Positions 1 to 10,233 are shown, counted from the first letter of the stretch. The stretch is DNA of 64,000 bases from Planctomycetota bacterium (GCA_965248575.1 CBDFJQ010000002.1:5152001-5216000), one strand, 5' to 3'. The notes: generated by a model from the letters alone, not told the origin. A program made the numbers and translations.

Positions 1-96
1 TCGGACGACGGCCTGGTCGCCTGGAACCTGCTCGACGAGCAGCTTGCCCCAGGTGAGGACTACCCGATCTTGCGCCTGCTGAGGACCGGACTGTGA
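1..96 (+). CDS. 3' end of a gene truncated by the window edge, possibly an M14-family metallopeptidase
   Basis: Frame 1 reads SDDGLVAWNLLDEQLAPGEDYPILRLLRTGL* (TGA 94-96). The SDDGLxxWN..D..YP tail resembles bacterial M14 peptidase C-termini from recall. Confidence 0.4.
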   Translation, partial: SDDGLVAWNLLDEQLAPGEDYPILRLLRTGL

Positions 97-301
97 GCTG
101 GCCCAGGTTTGAAGGGGCTCTCTTGGAGAGCTGATGGGGGCCGACCTGGGCTCGGTGGAGGTTGGGTGGAACGGTCGGGCGGAAGGGCTGGCGCAAGGGG
201 GGCGGATGGTAGGGTGTGCCGCGCACCGCGGGCCTTCCGCGTTGCCCCCTCCGGCCGATCAGTTTTCGGCATCACTTGTGAATCTTGAAGGAGTACCGGG
301 C

Positions 302-787
302 ATGAAGTCTCTGCGCATTGTTGGTTCTGCACTCGTCCTCAGCGCTCTCGCCTGCGGGGGCGACGCAACCACGGACTCCGGTTCGGACGCGGCAGCCGAC
401 ACGGGTGCAGCGGGCGGCACGGACACCAGTCCTGCGACCAGCTCATCCACGACTCCTGACGAAGTGGTCCAGGAGCAGGTCGACGTCCTGAACGACATCG
501 CCAAGCAGGTGGAATCCATCGACAGCAAGGACGACGTCGAGGCCGCCAAGCCGAAGCTGCGTGAGTTGGCCGACGATCTCAAGGCCGCCCGTGACCGTTG
601 GGAAGGCCTGCTGGCAGACGGTGTGTCCCAGGAAGACTTGGACGCGGCTGTCGAGGACAGCAAGGCCCTCATGAAGGCTGGCACCCGTATCGAAGACGCG
701 TTCAAGGAGCTGGCGACCAACCCGAGTCTGTTGACGAGCCTTCCGTCCCTGGTGAGCGAGTTCGGCGACATCTACAAGACGAAGTAG
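302..787 (+). CDS. Lipoprotein of unknown function
   Basis: AAGGAG RBS precedes ATG 302. MKSLRIVGSALVLSALA-C lipobox, Ser/Thr/Ala/Asp linker, then an acidic helical domain. Confidence 0.75.
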   Translation: MKSLRIVGSALVLSALACGGDATTDSGSDAAADTGAAGGTDTSPATSSSTTPDEVVQEQVDVLNDIAKQVESIDSKDDVEAAKPKLRELADDLKAARDRWEGLLADGVSQEDLDAAVEDSKALMKAGTRIEDAFKELATNPSLLTSLPSLVSEFGDIYKTK

Positions 788-838
788 GGGTTTCGCCACT
801 CACCGTCTTCAGGGTCCAATCCGCACTCGGAGCTCCTC

Positions 839-2395
839 GTGCAGCTCGGTTTCGTCCTCGATATGACCCGGTGCATTGGCTGCCATGCCTGCACCGTCGC
901 CTGCAAGTCAGAGAACGCCGTCCCCGTCGGGGACTTTCGGACCTGGGTGAAGTACACGGAGGAGGGGAGCTTTCCCGAGGTGGATCGCTCCTTCACGGTG
1001 TTGCGCTGCAATCAGTGCAGCGATGCACCTTGCGTGACCATCTGCCCTGTCACGGCGCTCGACAAGCGGCCGGACGGGATCGTGGACATCGATCACGACG
1101 TTTGCATCGGCTGCAAGGCTTGCATGCAGGCTTGCCCCTACGACGCCATCTATCTCAACGAAGGCACCGGCACCGCCGAGAAATGCCACTTCTGTGCGCA
1201 CCGTGTCGAGAACGGCCTGGCTCCGGCTTGCGCCGTGGTCTGCCCGACCGAGGCCATCATTCCGGGTGACTTCGACGATGCGAACAGCCGGGTGTCAGTC
1301 ATGGAGCACGACTTCGACCTGACGGTGCGCAAGCCGGAGGCGGGGACGAACCCGAATGTGAAGTACCGGGACGCGGCCCAGGCAGGCATCGACCCCTCGT
1401 TGACGAATGCGTCGGGGGGCTTCCTCTGGTCACAGCAGCAGAGTGGCCCACAGATGGACGCCGAGCTGTTCAATGCCCTGGAAGACCATGCCAAGGGTGG
1501 CGAGACGGCGCGCACGACCTATGACGTGAACCGCCAGCCGCTCTGGGGGGGCGCCATCACGGGCTACCTGTTCTTCAAGTCCTTGGCGGCTGGTGTGTTC
1601 TTGGCGGGCACGGCGCTGCTGGAGCCCTTGGGGGTCAGCGGCGCTGCTTCTGGTTGGTTCAGGCCTGCCATGGCCGTGCCCCTGCTCTCGTTGGTGTTCC
1701 TGGGGCTGACCATGGTCCTGCTCGTCGCGGACCTCAAGCGACCCGAACGCTTCCTGAAGATCATGCTGCGTCCCAACTGGAACTCCTGGTTGGCCAAGGG
1801 CAGTTACATCTTGATGTTCTACGGCATGGCCCTCACGGCGTGGCTGCTGATCGGTTTCGTGGAGCACACGCCCTCGGGTGTCCTGGGGTGGAATCTCGCG
1901 ATCCTGACCATGCTGTTGGGGGCGGCCAGCGCCGCCTACACGGCCTTCCTGTTCGGCCAGGCCAAGGGGCGCGTGCTCTGGATGAAGCGCGGCTATGCCC
2001 TGCACCTGGTGGCGCAAGCCGTGGTGGCTGGGAGCGCATTCCTGTTGGCCATCTCCAGCTTGCTGGGGGTGGGCGAAGCGTCCAGCCAGGTGCTCGGGGA
2101 CATGTTGCTCGTGTCCTTGCTCCTGCACGCGGGGCTCACTCTGGGCGAGGGCAAGCTGGCACCGGTTGGCCGAGAGAAGGAATTCGCACGGGCGGTGCGC
2201 TTGCTGAAGCACGGACCCTATGCCCGCAAGCATTGGTTGCTGGGCCTCGGCCTCGGCGTGCTGTTGCCCATGGGCTTGTTGTTTGCCGCCTCGAGTGGGC
2301 CGGTCGCCGTGGTTGCGGGCGTGCTGGCGCTCGCAGGCTTGTATGTCGAGAAGGACTGCTTCGTCCGCGCAGGGCAGGCATTGAAGATTAGTTGA
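839..2395 (+). CDS. Fused 4x[4Fe-4S] electron-transfer subunit (NrfC/PsrB/DmsB-like) + NrfD/PsrC-like membrane anchor
   Basis: Four Cys groups (CIGCHACTVAC, CNQCSDAPCVTIC, CIGCKACMQAC, CHFC..CAVVC). Multi-TM C-half has NrfD motifs (WG..I..YLF, DLKRPERF, SWL..GS). Confidence 0.9.
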   Translation: MQLGFVLDMTRCIGCHACTVACKSENAVPVGDFRTWVKYTEEGSFPEVDRSFTVLRCNQCSDAPCVTICPVTALDKRPDGIVDIDHDVCIGCKACMQACPYDAIYLNEGTGTAEKCHFCAHRVENGLAPACAVVCPTEAIIPGDFDDANSRVSVMEHDFDLTVRKPEAGTNPNVKYRDAAQAGIDPSLTNASGGFLWSQQQSGPQMDAELFNALEDHAKGGETARTTYDVNRQPLWGGAITGYLFFKSLAAGVFLAGTALLEPLGVSGAASGWFRPAMAVPLLSLVFLGLTMVLLVADLKRPERFLKIMLRPNWNSWLAKGSYILMFYGMALTAWLLIGFVEHTPSGVLGWNLAILTMLLGAASAAYTAFLFGQAKGRVLWMKRGYALHLVAQAVVAGSAFLLAISSLLGVGEASSQVLGDMLLVSLLLHAGLTLGEGKLAPVGREKEFARAVRLLKHGPYARKHWLLGLGLGVLLPMGLLFAASSGPVAVVAGVLALAGLYVEKDCFVRAGQALKIS

Positions 2396-2447
2396 TGGCG
2401 TGCTGTCTCGCGGCGTCTGACAGTCGCGCATTCAAGGGCCTCGAACC

Positions 2448-5252
2448 ATGACCGACGACTCCTCACGCTCCGCCGATTTGCCCGAGGGGTCAGGCGTCTC
2501 CCCGGACGCGTCTCTTGCTCCGGCCACTCCTCCGTGCGTGCCGCCTGGTGGGCGCCCGTCTCCTTGGGAGCTGGCTGTGGGGCCGGCGCCGGAGCACTGG
2601 GATGACTGGATGGAGCTGGACGCCGAGGCCTGGCCACGGCGCAAGGAGCGCCACTACCGCTGCGTGCCCACCATCTGCTTCAACTGCGAGTCGGGCTGTG
2701 GGCTGCTTGCCTTCGTGGACAAGAGCACCGGCGAGGTCGCCAAGTTCGAAGGCAACCCCGTGCACCCCGGGAGCCGGGGCCGCACCTGCGCCAAGGGGCC
2801 GGCGACCATCAACCAGGTGCAGGACACCGAGCGGATCCTGACGCCCCTGAAGCGCGACGGGCCCCGGGGCTCGGGCAAGTTTCGCGAGGCGACCTGGGAA
2901 GAGGCCCTGTCGGACATCGGCGGACGCATCCGCAAGGCGTTCCAGGAGGAGCGTCAGGACGAGGTCGTCTATCACGTGGGGCGGCCTGGGGAAGACAACT
3001 TCGTCTTGCGCATGTTGCAGGCCTGGGGTATCGACGGCCACAACAGCCACACCAACGTCTGCAGTGCGGGCGCCCGCTTCGGCTATTCGCTGTGGTTCGG
3101 TGCCGACCGCCCTTCGCCTGATTTCGCGGGCACGAAGTTCATGCTCTTGCTGTCGGCGCACCTGGAAACGGGGCACTACTTCAACCCTCACGCCCAGCGC
3201 ATCATCGGGGCCAAGGAGGCCGGCGCACGCATCGCCGTGGTGGACGTGCGTCTCTCCAACACGGCGAGCCATGCGGACCACTGGATCTCTCCCTGGCCCG
3301 GCACCGAGGCCGCCATGCTGTTGGGCGTCGCGCGGGAGTTGTTGCTGAGTGGGCGCTACGACGAGGCCTTCCTCAAGCGGTGGGTGAACTGGGAGGCGTA
3401 CCTCACAGCGCACGATTCCGACGGCCCCGGGACCTTCGACCACTTTGTCGAGCTGCTCAAGAAGCTCTATGTGGACTACACCCCGGAGTTCGTGGCCCAG
3501 GAATGCCATGTGCCAGCAGACACGGTGCAGACCCTGGCCGACGAGATCGCAGCGGCGGGAAGCCGCTTCAGCAGCCACCTGTGGCGCAATACGGCTGCCG
3601 GACACCTGGGTGGTTGGCAGGTGGCGCGTGCGCTCCTGTTCCTGCACGTGCTCTCGGGAAGCGTGGGAACGGAGGGCGGCCTGAACCCCAACAGCTGGGA
3701 TAAGTTCGTTCCCAAGCCCAGCGAGAACCCGCCGCCCATCAAGCGCTGGAATGAACGCCACTGGCCGCGGGAGTATCCGCTGGCCCACTACGAGATGAGC
3801 TTCCTGCTGCCGCACCTTCTGCGGGACCAGGGCAATCGCATCGACACCTACTTCACGCGGGTCTACAACCCCGTCTGGACGAACCCGGATGGTTGCTCCT
3901 GGATCGAGATGCTCGAGGACGAGGAGCGCATCGGGTGCCATGTGGCTCTGACGCCGATCTGGTCTGAGAGCGCGCAGTGGGCGGACTGGGTGTTGCCCAT
4001 GGGCCTCGGCCCCGAGCGACACGACATCATGAGCCAGGAAACCCATGCGGGAACCTGGATCGGCTTTCGCCAACCGGTGGGGCGGGAGTACCTGCGCCAG
4101 GAGGGGGAACCCCAGGACAGCACCCTGGGAACCAACCCCGGGCAGGTCTGGGAAGAAGTGGAGTTCTGGATCGCGCTGACCTGGCGCATCGACCCCGATG
4201 GCGAGATGGGGATCCGCAAGTACTTCGAGAGCACGGCGACGCCGGGCACACCGGTGTCGGTGGACGAGTACTTCGGCGACATCTTCGACAACAGCGTGCC
4301 GGGCCTGAAGCAGACGGCCAGCGAGGCGGGTTGCACACCCCTGGAGTACATGCGCCGCTTCGGTGCCTTCGATGTGCCCTACAGCGGGCAACGTCGCTAC
4401 GAGGCGGACGCCGCCGAAGGGGAGGGCGTGTCTCTTGCGAGCGGGGAGCAGAAGGCGGGCTTCAAGACCCCCAGCGGCAAGCTGGAGTTCTTCTCGCCGA
4501 CCCTGGAGGAATGGGGCTTCGGTGATTCGTCCATCCCCGGCTATGTGCACAGTCAGGTGCACATCGAGAATCTGGACCTGGACGCCGGAGAACGGGTGCT
4601 CTTGCCGACCTTCCGCCTGCCGACCCTGATCCACACACGATCGGGCAACGCCAAGTGGTTGCAGGAGATCAGCCACACCAACCCGCTTTGGATCCACCCG
4701 GACGACGCGCTCAAGCTGGGAGTCGCCAACGGAGGCCTGGCGCGTGTCGCTACGCGCATCGGATACTTCGTGATCCGGGCCTGGGTGACGGAGGGCATCC
4801 ACCCAGGCATCGTCGGTGCCAGCCACCACGTGGGGCGCTGGCGCATGCACCGTGAGGTGGGCGGGCAGAAGCGCGCAAGTGCGCTCGTGGACATCGAACG
4901 CAAAGGCTCGACCTTCCTCTTCCGCAACAAGGAACAGGTCAAGCCGTACGCCAGCGGGGACCCGGACAGCGAAAAGGTCTGGTGGAACGAGACCGGCGTC
5001 AACCAGAACATGACCTTCCCGGTGCAGCCGGACCCCATGTCGGGGATGCATTGCTGGCACCAGAAGGTGACAATCGGGCCCGCACACGAGGGCGATCGCT
5101 ACGGCGACATCTTCGTGGACACCGCCAAGTCCCGTGAGGTCTGGCAGGAATGGAAGGCCTTGACGAAGCCGGCCCCAGGACCCGGTGGCCTGCGAAGGCC
5201 GTTGTGGATGAACCGCCCGCTTCGGCCGGTGGACGAGGCTTACAAGCTCTAA
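2448..5252 (+). CDS. Molybdopterin (bis-MGD) oxidoreductase catalytic subunit, DMSO reductase superfamily, substrate unknown
   Basis: CFNCESGC..C FS0 motif, GNPVHPGSRGRTCAKG, PLKR..RGSGKF, HNSHTNVCS, TPSGKLEF, and C-terminal LWIHPDDA molydopterin-dinucleotide domain. Confidence 0.9.
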   Translation: MTDDSSRSADLPEGSGVSPDASLAPATPPCVPPGGRPSPWELAVGPAPEHWDDWMELDAEAWPRRKERHYRCVPTICFNCESGCGLLAFVDKSTGEVAKFEGNPVHPGSRGRTCAKGPATINQVQDTERILTPLKRDGPRGSGKFREATWEEALSDIGGRIRKAFQEERQDEVVYHVGRPGEDNFVLRMLQAWGIDGHNSHTNVCSAGARFGYSLWFGADRPSPDFAGTKFMLLLSAHLETGHYFNPHAQRIIGAKEAGARIAVVDVRLSNTASHADHWISPWPGTEAAMLLGVARELLLSGRYDEAFLKRWVNWEAYLTAHDSDGPGTFDHFVELLKKLYVDYTPEFVAQECHVPADTVQTLADEIAAAGSRFSSHLWRNTAAGHLGGWQVARALLFLHVLSGSVGTEGGLNPNSWDKFVPKPSENPPPIKRWNERHWPREYPLAHYEMSFLLPHLLRDQGNRIDTYFTRVYNPVWTNPDGCSWIEMLEDEERIGCHVALTPIWSESAQWADWVLPMGLGPERHDIMSQETHAGTWIGFRQPVGREYLRQEGEPQDSTLGTNPGQVWEEVEFWIALTWRIDPDGEMGIRKYFESTATPGTPVSVDEYFGDIFDNSVPGLKQTASEAGCTPLEYMRRFGAFDVPYSGQRRYEADAAEGEGVSLASGEQKAGFKTPSGKLEFFSPTLEEWGFGDSSIPGYVHSQVHIENLDLDAGERVLLPTFRLPTLIHTRSGNAKWLQEISHTNPLWIHPDDALKLGVANGGLARVATRIGYFVIRAWVTEGIHPGIVGASHHVGRWRMHREVGGQKRASALVDIERKGSTFLFRNKEQVKPYASGDPDSEKVWWNETGVNQNMTFPVQPDPMSGMHCWHQKVTIGPAHEGDRYGDIFVDTAKSREVWQEWKALTKPAPGPGGLRRPLWMNRPLRPVDEAYKL

Positions 5253-5267
5253 GCGGAACTGCCAGGC

Positions 5268-6254
5268 ATGGGCATGGACCTTCTACGATTCGTGGGTGGC
5301 TTGGTCCTCCTGCTCGGTGGCGGCGAGGCCCTCGTGCGGGGTGCTGCGGGCCTGGCTCGCCGTCTTGGAATCTCGCCAGCCATCGTCGGTTTGACGGTGG
5401 TGGCTTTCGGGACGAGCGCCCCCGAGCTGGTGGTCTGCCTCTTCGCGGCGAGGGATGGCACCCCGGGAATCGCCTTCGGAAACATCGTGGGCTCCAACAT
5501 CGCCAATGTCGGATTGCTGTTGGGCCTGACGGCCATGTTCCGGCCGTTCATCGTCCACAGCAACTTGGTGATGCGCGAGCTGCCCATGATGTTGTTGGCA
5601 AGCGTCGCCGCGGCGGCCTTGTTCCTGGACGGTGCCCTGCATGGCGGCGAGGCCGACGGCCTGCATGCGGGAGATGGGCTGATGCTCGCGCTCTTCTTCA
5701 GCGTGTTCATCTACTACACCGCTTCGGACGTCCTGCGCTCCCGCAACACGGACACGCTGCTCAAGGAGACTGGGGATGTGCCCGGCGCCGATTCCAAATC
5801 CAGCGTCGGTACCCTGCTGTTGTTCGTGATCGTGGGCGCCGTGGGCCTCGCGTGGGGCGGCAATCTGATGGTGGCGGCAGCGACCTCGGTGGCGCGATCG
5901 CTCGGTGTCGCGGACGTCGTCATCGCCGCCACGGTGGTTGCCGTGGGCACGAGCCTGCCTGAGTTGGCGACATCGATCCTCGCTGCCAAGCGCGGCGAGG
6001 GGGAGCTGGCCGTGGGCAACCTCGTGGGCTCGAACATCTTCAACCTGCTGCTGGTCCTGGGCACGACGGCACTTGTCGCCCCCATCCCGCTGCCCAGTGG
6101 TGGCGGCGTCGACCTGGCCATCATGGTGGGGCTGGCCATCATCCTGCTACCGCTGTGTCTGGCCAACGGGCGCCGCGTGACCCGTCGGGAAGGAGTGCTA
6201 CTCGTAGCGATCTACGGGGGGTTCATGGCCTGGCAGATCATGCGGCCGACCTGA
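5268..6254 (+). CDS. Calcium/sodium antiporter (YrbG/CaCA family)
   Basis: Two alpha-repeats GTSAPEL..GNIVGSNIAN and GTSLPEL..GNLVGSNIFN; about 10 TM segments. Confidence 0.92.
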   Translation: MGMDLLRFVGGLVLLLGGGEALVRGAAGLARRLGISPAIVGLTVVAFGTSAPELVVCLFAARDGTPGIAFGNIVGSNIANVGLLLGLTAMFRPFIVHSNLVMRELPMMLLASVAAAALFLDGALHGGEADGLHAGDGLMLALFFSVFIYYTASDVLRSRNTDTLLKETGDVPGADSKSSVGTLLLFVIVGAVGLAWGGNLMVAAATSVARSLGVADVVIAATVVAVGTSLPELATSILAAKRGEGELAVGNLVGSNIFNLLLVLGTTALVAPIPLPSGGGVDLAIMVGLAIILLPLCLANGRRVTRREGVLLVAIYGGFMAWQIMRPT

Positions 6255-6288
6255 CGCGACCTAGCTGACGTGCTGGGAAGCCGGCTCG

Positions 6289-7653
6289 TCAGAGCACGCC
6301 GTAGGCCAGCATGGCGTCAGCGACCTTCCGAAAGCCTGCGATGTTGGCACCGGCGACGTAGTTGACGAACTGACCTTCCCGGGAGCCGTAAGACACGCAC
6401 TGGGCGTGGATGTCGGCCATGATCTTCTGCAGGCGCTGGTCCACTTCCTCCCGGGACCATGAGAGGCGTTGGGCATTCTGGCTTTGCTCGAGGCCTGAGA
6501 CCGCCACGCCACCTGCGTTGGCTGCCTTGCCGGGGGCAAACAGGATGGACGCCTCACGGAAGAGGTGCGCGCCCTCGAGGGTCGTGGGCATGTTCGCCCC
6601 TTCCGCCACGGCCTCGACGCCGTTGCTGACGAGAGTCCGTGCGTCCTTGGCGTCGAGTTCGTTCTGGGTCGCGCAAGGCACCGCCAACTGGCCGGGGATG
6701 GCCCAGGGCCGCTGGCCCGCCAGGAAGTCGCAGCCGAACGTCTTCGCGTACTCTTCCAGGCTGCCCCGGCGGACTTCCTTCAGGTCTTTCAGGAAGGCCA
6801 GCTTCTCGGCATCGATGCCGGCAGGATCGTGGATGAAGCCATTGCGGTCTGAGGCCGTGACACACAAGGCGCCGAGCTCGTTCAGCTTTTCGATGGCGTA
6901 GAGCGCCACGTTGCCGGAGCCGGAGACCAAAGCCGTCTTGCCTGCGACGCTCTGACCCTGGTGCGCCAACATGTTCTGCAGGAAGTACGCGCAGCCGTAG
7001 CCCGTCGCCTCCGTGCGCATGAGGCTTCCACCATAGGAGAGGCCCTTGCCGGTGATGGTGCTGTGGAAGCGGTTCATGAGCCGCTTGTACTGCCCGTACA
7101 GGTAGCTGATCTCGCGCGAGCCCACGCCGATGTCGCCGGCCGGCACGTCCGTCTCCGGGCCGATGTGGCGATGCATCTCGGTCATGAGGGATTGGCAAAA
7201 GCGCATCACCTCACGGTTCGACTTGCCCTTCGGGTTGAAGTTGGAGCCACCCTTCGCGCCGCCCATGGGGAGCGTGGTCAGGCTGTTCTTGAACACCTGC
7301 TCGAAGCCCAGGAACTTCAACACGCTCAACGTGAGGGTCTTGTCGAAGCGCAGGCCGCCCTTGTACGGGCCGATGCTGTTGTTGAACTGCACGCGCCACG
7401 CACGGTTCACCCGGACGTTTCCCGCATCGTCCTCCCAGGTCACGCGGAAGATGATGATCCGGTCCGGCTCGGTCATGCGTTCGAGGATCTGTGCCTCCCG
7501 GTACTCCGGGTGCTCAAGCGTGAAGGGGATGACGGATTGTGCGACTTCCTGCACGGCCTGATGAAACTCGGGTTCGTGAGGGTTGCGCTCGATGAGGCCG
7601 GCCATGAATCGTTCGAGTTCTGCGGCGGCTGTCGGGTTGCTGGTGCTGGACAT
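6289..7653 (-). CDS. gdhA: NADP-specific glutamate dehydrogenase
   Basis: GPYKGGLRF, MGGAKGGS, DVPAGDIGVG, RTEATGYG, GSGNVA, PCATQNE, EGANMP, GKAANAGGVAVS. Confidence 0.96.
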   Translation of the reverse strand: MSSTSNPTAAAELERFMAGLIERNPHEPEFHQAVQEVAQSVIPFTLEHPEYREAQILERMTEPDRIIIFRVTWEDDAGNVRVNRAWRVQFNNSIGPYKGGLRFDKTLTLSVLKFLGFEQVFKNSLTTLPMGGAKGGSNFNPKGKSNREVMRFCQSLMTEMHRHIGPETDVPAGDIGVGSREISYLYGQYKRLMNRFHSTITGKGLSYGGSLMRTEATGYGCAYFLQNMLAHQGQSVAGKTALVSGSGNVALYAIEKLNELGALCVTASDRNGFIHDPAGIDAEKLAFLKDLKEVRRGSLEEYAKTFGCDFLAGQRPWAIPGQLAVPCATQNELDAKDARTLVSNGVEAVAEGANMPTTLEGAHLFREASILFAPGKAANAGGVAVSGLEQSQNAQRLSWSREEVDQRLQKIMADIHAQCVSYGSREGQFVNYVAGANIAGFRKVADAMLAYGVL

Positions 7654-7750
7654 CGAGGGGCTCGTGAAGGAAGGGAAAAGCTGAAGAGGACGTCAGTTCG
7701 GAGGGGAGCGTCGAGCTCATGTGCAGCTCAGGCGCGGTTGGTTGCCCGGG

Positions 7751-8869
7751 TCATTCGCCTCGAGAAATGCCGCACTGACCACAGAAGCGTGCGTCTGCGC
7801 TGAGCGGGCTTCCGCACCCGGTGCAGAAGCTGGCCGAGGGAGCCGCGGTCTTCTTCGCCAGCAGCTCTTCGCCGCAGGCATTGCAGAACCGCCCCGGTGC
7901 GACGCTCTTCTGGCAGGCACCACAGACGACGCCCGCAGCTGCCGGCGCCAGCATCTGCCCGCCGCGGTGGTCGGCGACGAGCATCTGCGCCAGCCCCATG
8001 CCGACACCCAGGCCGGCTCCGCCCATCAGGCCAGCGCCCGCACTGCCATCACCGCCACCGCCGCCGAGGGCCATGCCCTCACCTGCGCCCATGAGGGCCT
8101 TGCCGGCCGCGAAGGACTTGTAGCCCTCCACACCTCCGACGGTGCGCAGGTAGGCCGCGTCGGTGTAGAGCTTCTTGAGGGTGGTGGCGTCGTCCTCGTC
8201 GATGGCGATCACGAAGTTCCCGAGGCGCGGGATGCGCACGCCGTAGCTCTGGACGTGTTTGGTCATGCCCTGCAACACGTCGGTTTCGATCTCCTCGGTG
8301 TAGGCACCCGAGGTGACGTCCAGCAGGGGCCAGTCCTTCTTGACGAGCAGCTCGGCGATGTGATCGCGGATGACTTTCAGCACCTGCTCCTTCATCCAGG
8401 AGCGCACCATGTAGGACTCGGCACGGCCCATGCCCACGAGGCCGGTGATGAGTCGTTCTGGGTCATTGACCTGGAAGGAGAACTCGCCGTGCACCATGCA
8501 TTCCACGGGCACACCGCTCTTGGGGTCTTCCACATGGCCGATGCGACCACCGAACTTGATGCCGACATGTTCGCGCACGCTGACAAAGAAGACTTCGGCG
8601 ATGAAGACGTTGCCGCCCGTGACGCTGTCCACCAGCTCAGACAGGAAGGGCAGGTTGCTGGAGTCCAGGGTGTGTCGACCCGGGCCCAAGGTGCTGACGA
8701 CCTTGCCGTCGCGGAAGAAGACAGCCAGCTCGTCGGCTTCCACCGTGAGTTGGGACTTCATTGGGATCGTCGAGTCAGGATGCTTCCAGACCACGTGCGC
8801 CTTGGCGTCGTCCGGGCGCGCGACCATCATTTCGCCGACGCCGCGCTTGAACCAGTCGATCAAACCCAT
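7751..8869 (-). CDS. SPFH/band-7 (YdjI-like) protein with C-terminal double zinc ribbon
   Basis: Start MGLIDWFK with a GGAGGT RBS. SQLTV..ELAVFFRDG..GPGRHTL..NLP motif, Gly-rich linker, four CxxC pairs (CGAC, CNAC, CTGC, CGQC). The listed upstream extension to 9889 is spurious. Confidence 0.85.
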   Translation of the reverse strand: MGLIDWFKRGVGEMMVARPDDAKAHVVWKHPDSTIPMKSQLTVEADELAVFFRDGKVVSTLGPGRHTLDSSNLPFLSELVDSVTGGNVFIAEVFFVSVREHVGIKFGGRIGHVEDPKSGVPVECMVHGEFSFQVNDPERLITGLVGMGRAESYMVRSWMKEQVLKVIRDHIAELLVKKDWPLLDVTSGAYTEEIETDVLQGMTKHVQSYGVRIPRLGNFVIAIDEDDATTLKKLYTDAAYLRTVGGVEGYKSFAAGKALMGAGEGMALGGGGGDGSAGAGLMGGAGLGVGMGLAQMLVADHRGGQMLAPAAAGVVCGACQKSVAPGRFCNACGEELLAKKTAAPSASFCTGCGSPLSADARFCGQCGISRGE

Positions 8870-9018
8870 CGAAGCTACCTCCAGTGAGCAGGGAAGGGCG
8901 CGATGATCCGCGCGGACACGGGCCATGTCCAGCAGGCCTTGCTCGTCAGGCCCTGACTCTCCGGCCCCGGCGGGTGGTAGGCTGCCGCGCGTGCATTCCG
9001 TTGGAGAGCTGAGCCGCC

Positions 9019-10170
9019 TTGGCCACACCGAGTGACGACCAACAGAAGGATCCTGGCCCCGAGCAGGGGGTGGAGATTCTCGACGAGGCAGTGGTGAGCG
9101 AAAGTGCTCGGGAGATCTTCCCCTGCGACAATTGCGGCGCGCGAATGCACTGGGACCCCACGCTGGATGTGATGGCTTGCGACCACTGCGAGCACACGAG
9201 GGCCGTACCCCGGGCCGAGGGGACGATCCTGGAGCGGCCCTTGTCCGAGGCGGGGGATGCCGCCCGGGGGCTGGGCCTCGACCTGCGTGTGATCCAGTGC
9301 GATACCTGTGGGGCGCGGGTGACCTTGGATGGCCAGGAGACGACCGAGACCTGTGTCTACTGCGGTTCGGCGCAGGTCCTGGCCCGCTCCGCGAACCGGA
9401 ACGCCTTGCGTCCAGAATCCCTTGTGCCTCTGGACATCGGGGAGGCGGCCGTTCGCGAAGGCTTCCGGCGCTGGCTGAAGGGGCTCTGGTTCCGCCCGCA
9501 AGCGCTGAAGCAGGCGAGGGCCGTCCAGGCCGTGGGCATCTATGTGCCCTTCTGGACCTTTGACTGCTCGGTGCGCTCCGAGTGGTCTGCGGACGCGGGA
9601 TACTACTACTGGGTGACCCAGACGTATGTGGTGATGGTGAATGGAAAGCCCCAAGTCCGCACGCGTCAGGTGCGGCGGACGCGATGGGAGCCAGCGTGGG
9701 GCATGCGCAACGATCAGTACGACGACGTCTTGGTGGCCGCGTCCAAGGGGTTGTCCGCGGAACTCCTGCTCGACCTCGGTGCCTTCGACACCTCGGCACT
9801 TCAACCGTACCAGCCCGAATTCCTGGCTGGCTGGCGCGCGGAGGAATACCAGCTGGACCTCGCGGACGGCTGGGTGCAGGGCCAGGCACGCATCGAGGCC
9901 TCCCAGCAAGCGCGCTGTGCGGGCGACGTACCCGGGGACACCCATCGATTCCTGCGCGTCCAGAACACCGTCTCCGATGTGCGCTGGAAGCACGTGCTGC
10001 TTCCCGTTTGGAGTCTGGCCTACACCTACGGCGGCAAGAGCTACCAGGTTCTGGTTCACGGCCAGTCGGGCAAGGTGGTGGGGCACGCTCCCTATAGTTG
10101 GCTGAAGATCACGATGCTGGTGCTGGCTGGGGTAGCCCTCGCCCTCGCTGTGGTTGCGGCCAACGGCTGA
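9019..10170 (+). CDS. Zn-ribbon membrane protein of the family usually found beside SPFH genes
   Basis: CDNCG, CDHC, CDTCG, CVYCG; YVPFWTFD; LLPVW..Y..VHGQSGKV; C-terminal TM helix. TTG start after GGAG. Confidence 0.8.
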   Translation: MATPSDDQQKDPGPEQGVEILDEAVVSESAREIFPCDNCGARMHWDPTLDVMACDHCEHTRAVPRAEGTILERPLSEAGDAARGLGLDLRVIQCDTCGARVTLDGQETTETCVYCGSAQVLARSANRNALRPESLVPLDIGEAAVREGFRRWLKGLWFRPQALKQARAVQAVGIYVPFWTFDCSVRSEWSADAGYYYWVTQTYVVMVNGKPQVRTRQVRRTRWEPAWGMRNDQYDDVLVAASKGLSAELLLDLGAFDTSALQPYQPEFLAGWRAEEYQLDLADGWVQGQARIEASQQARCAGDVPGDTHRFLRVQNTVSDVRWKHVLLPVWSLAYTYGGKSYQVLVHGQSGKVVGHAPYSWLKITMLVLAGVALALAVVAANG

Positions 10171-10233
10171 AGGTCAGGCGGGGGACGCAGGAGAGGTTCA
10201 AGGCCGAGCGGACGCGGGCCCGATAGACCGCAG

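Noticed and set aside
2490..5087. 865-aa antisense ORF and other long shadow ORFs (e.g. 29745-31676, 61388-63223, 19701-21068)
   Set aside because: They lie opposite well-supported genes, have no motifs, and are expected from GC-rich codon bias.
9019..10170. PriA/helicase annotation often attached to this family
   Set aside because: No Walker A or DExH motifs; only Zn ribbons and a TM helix.
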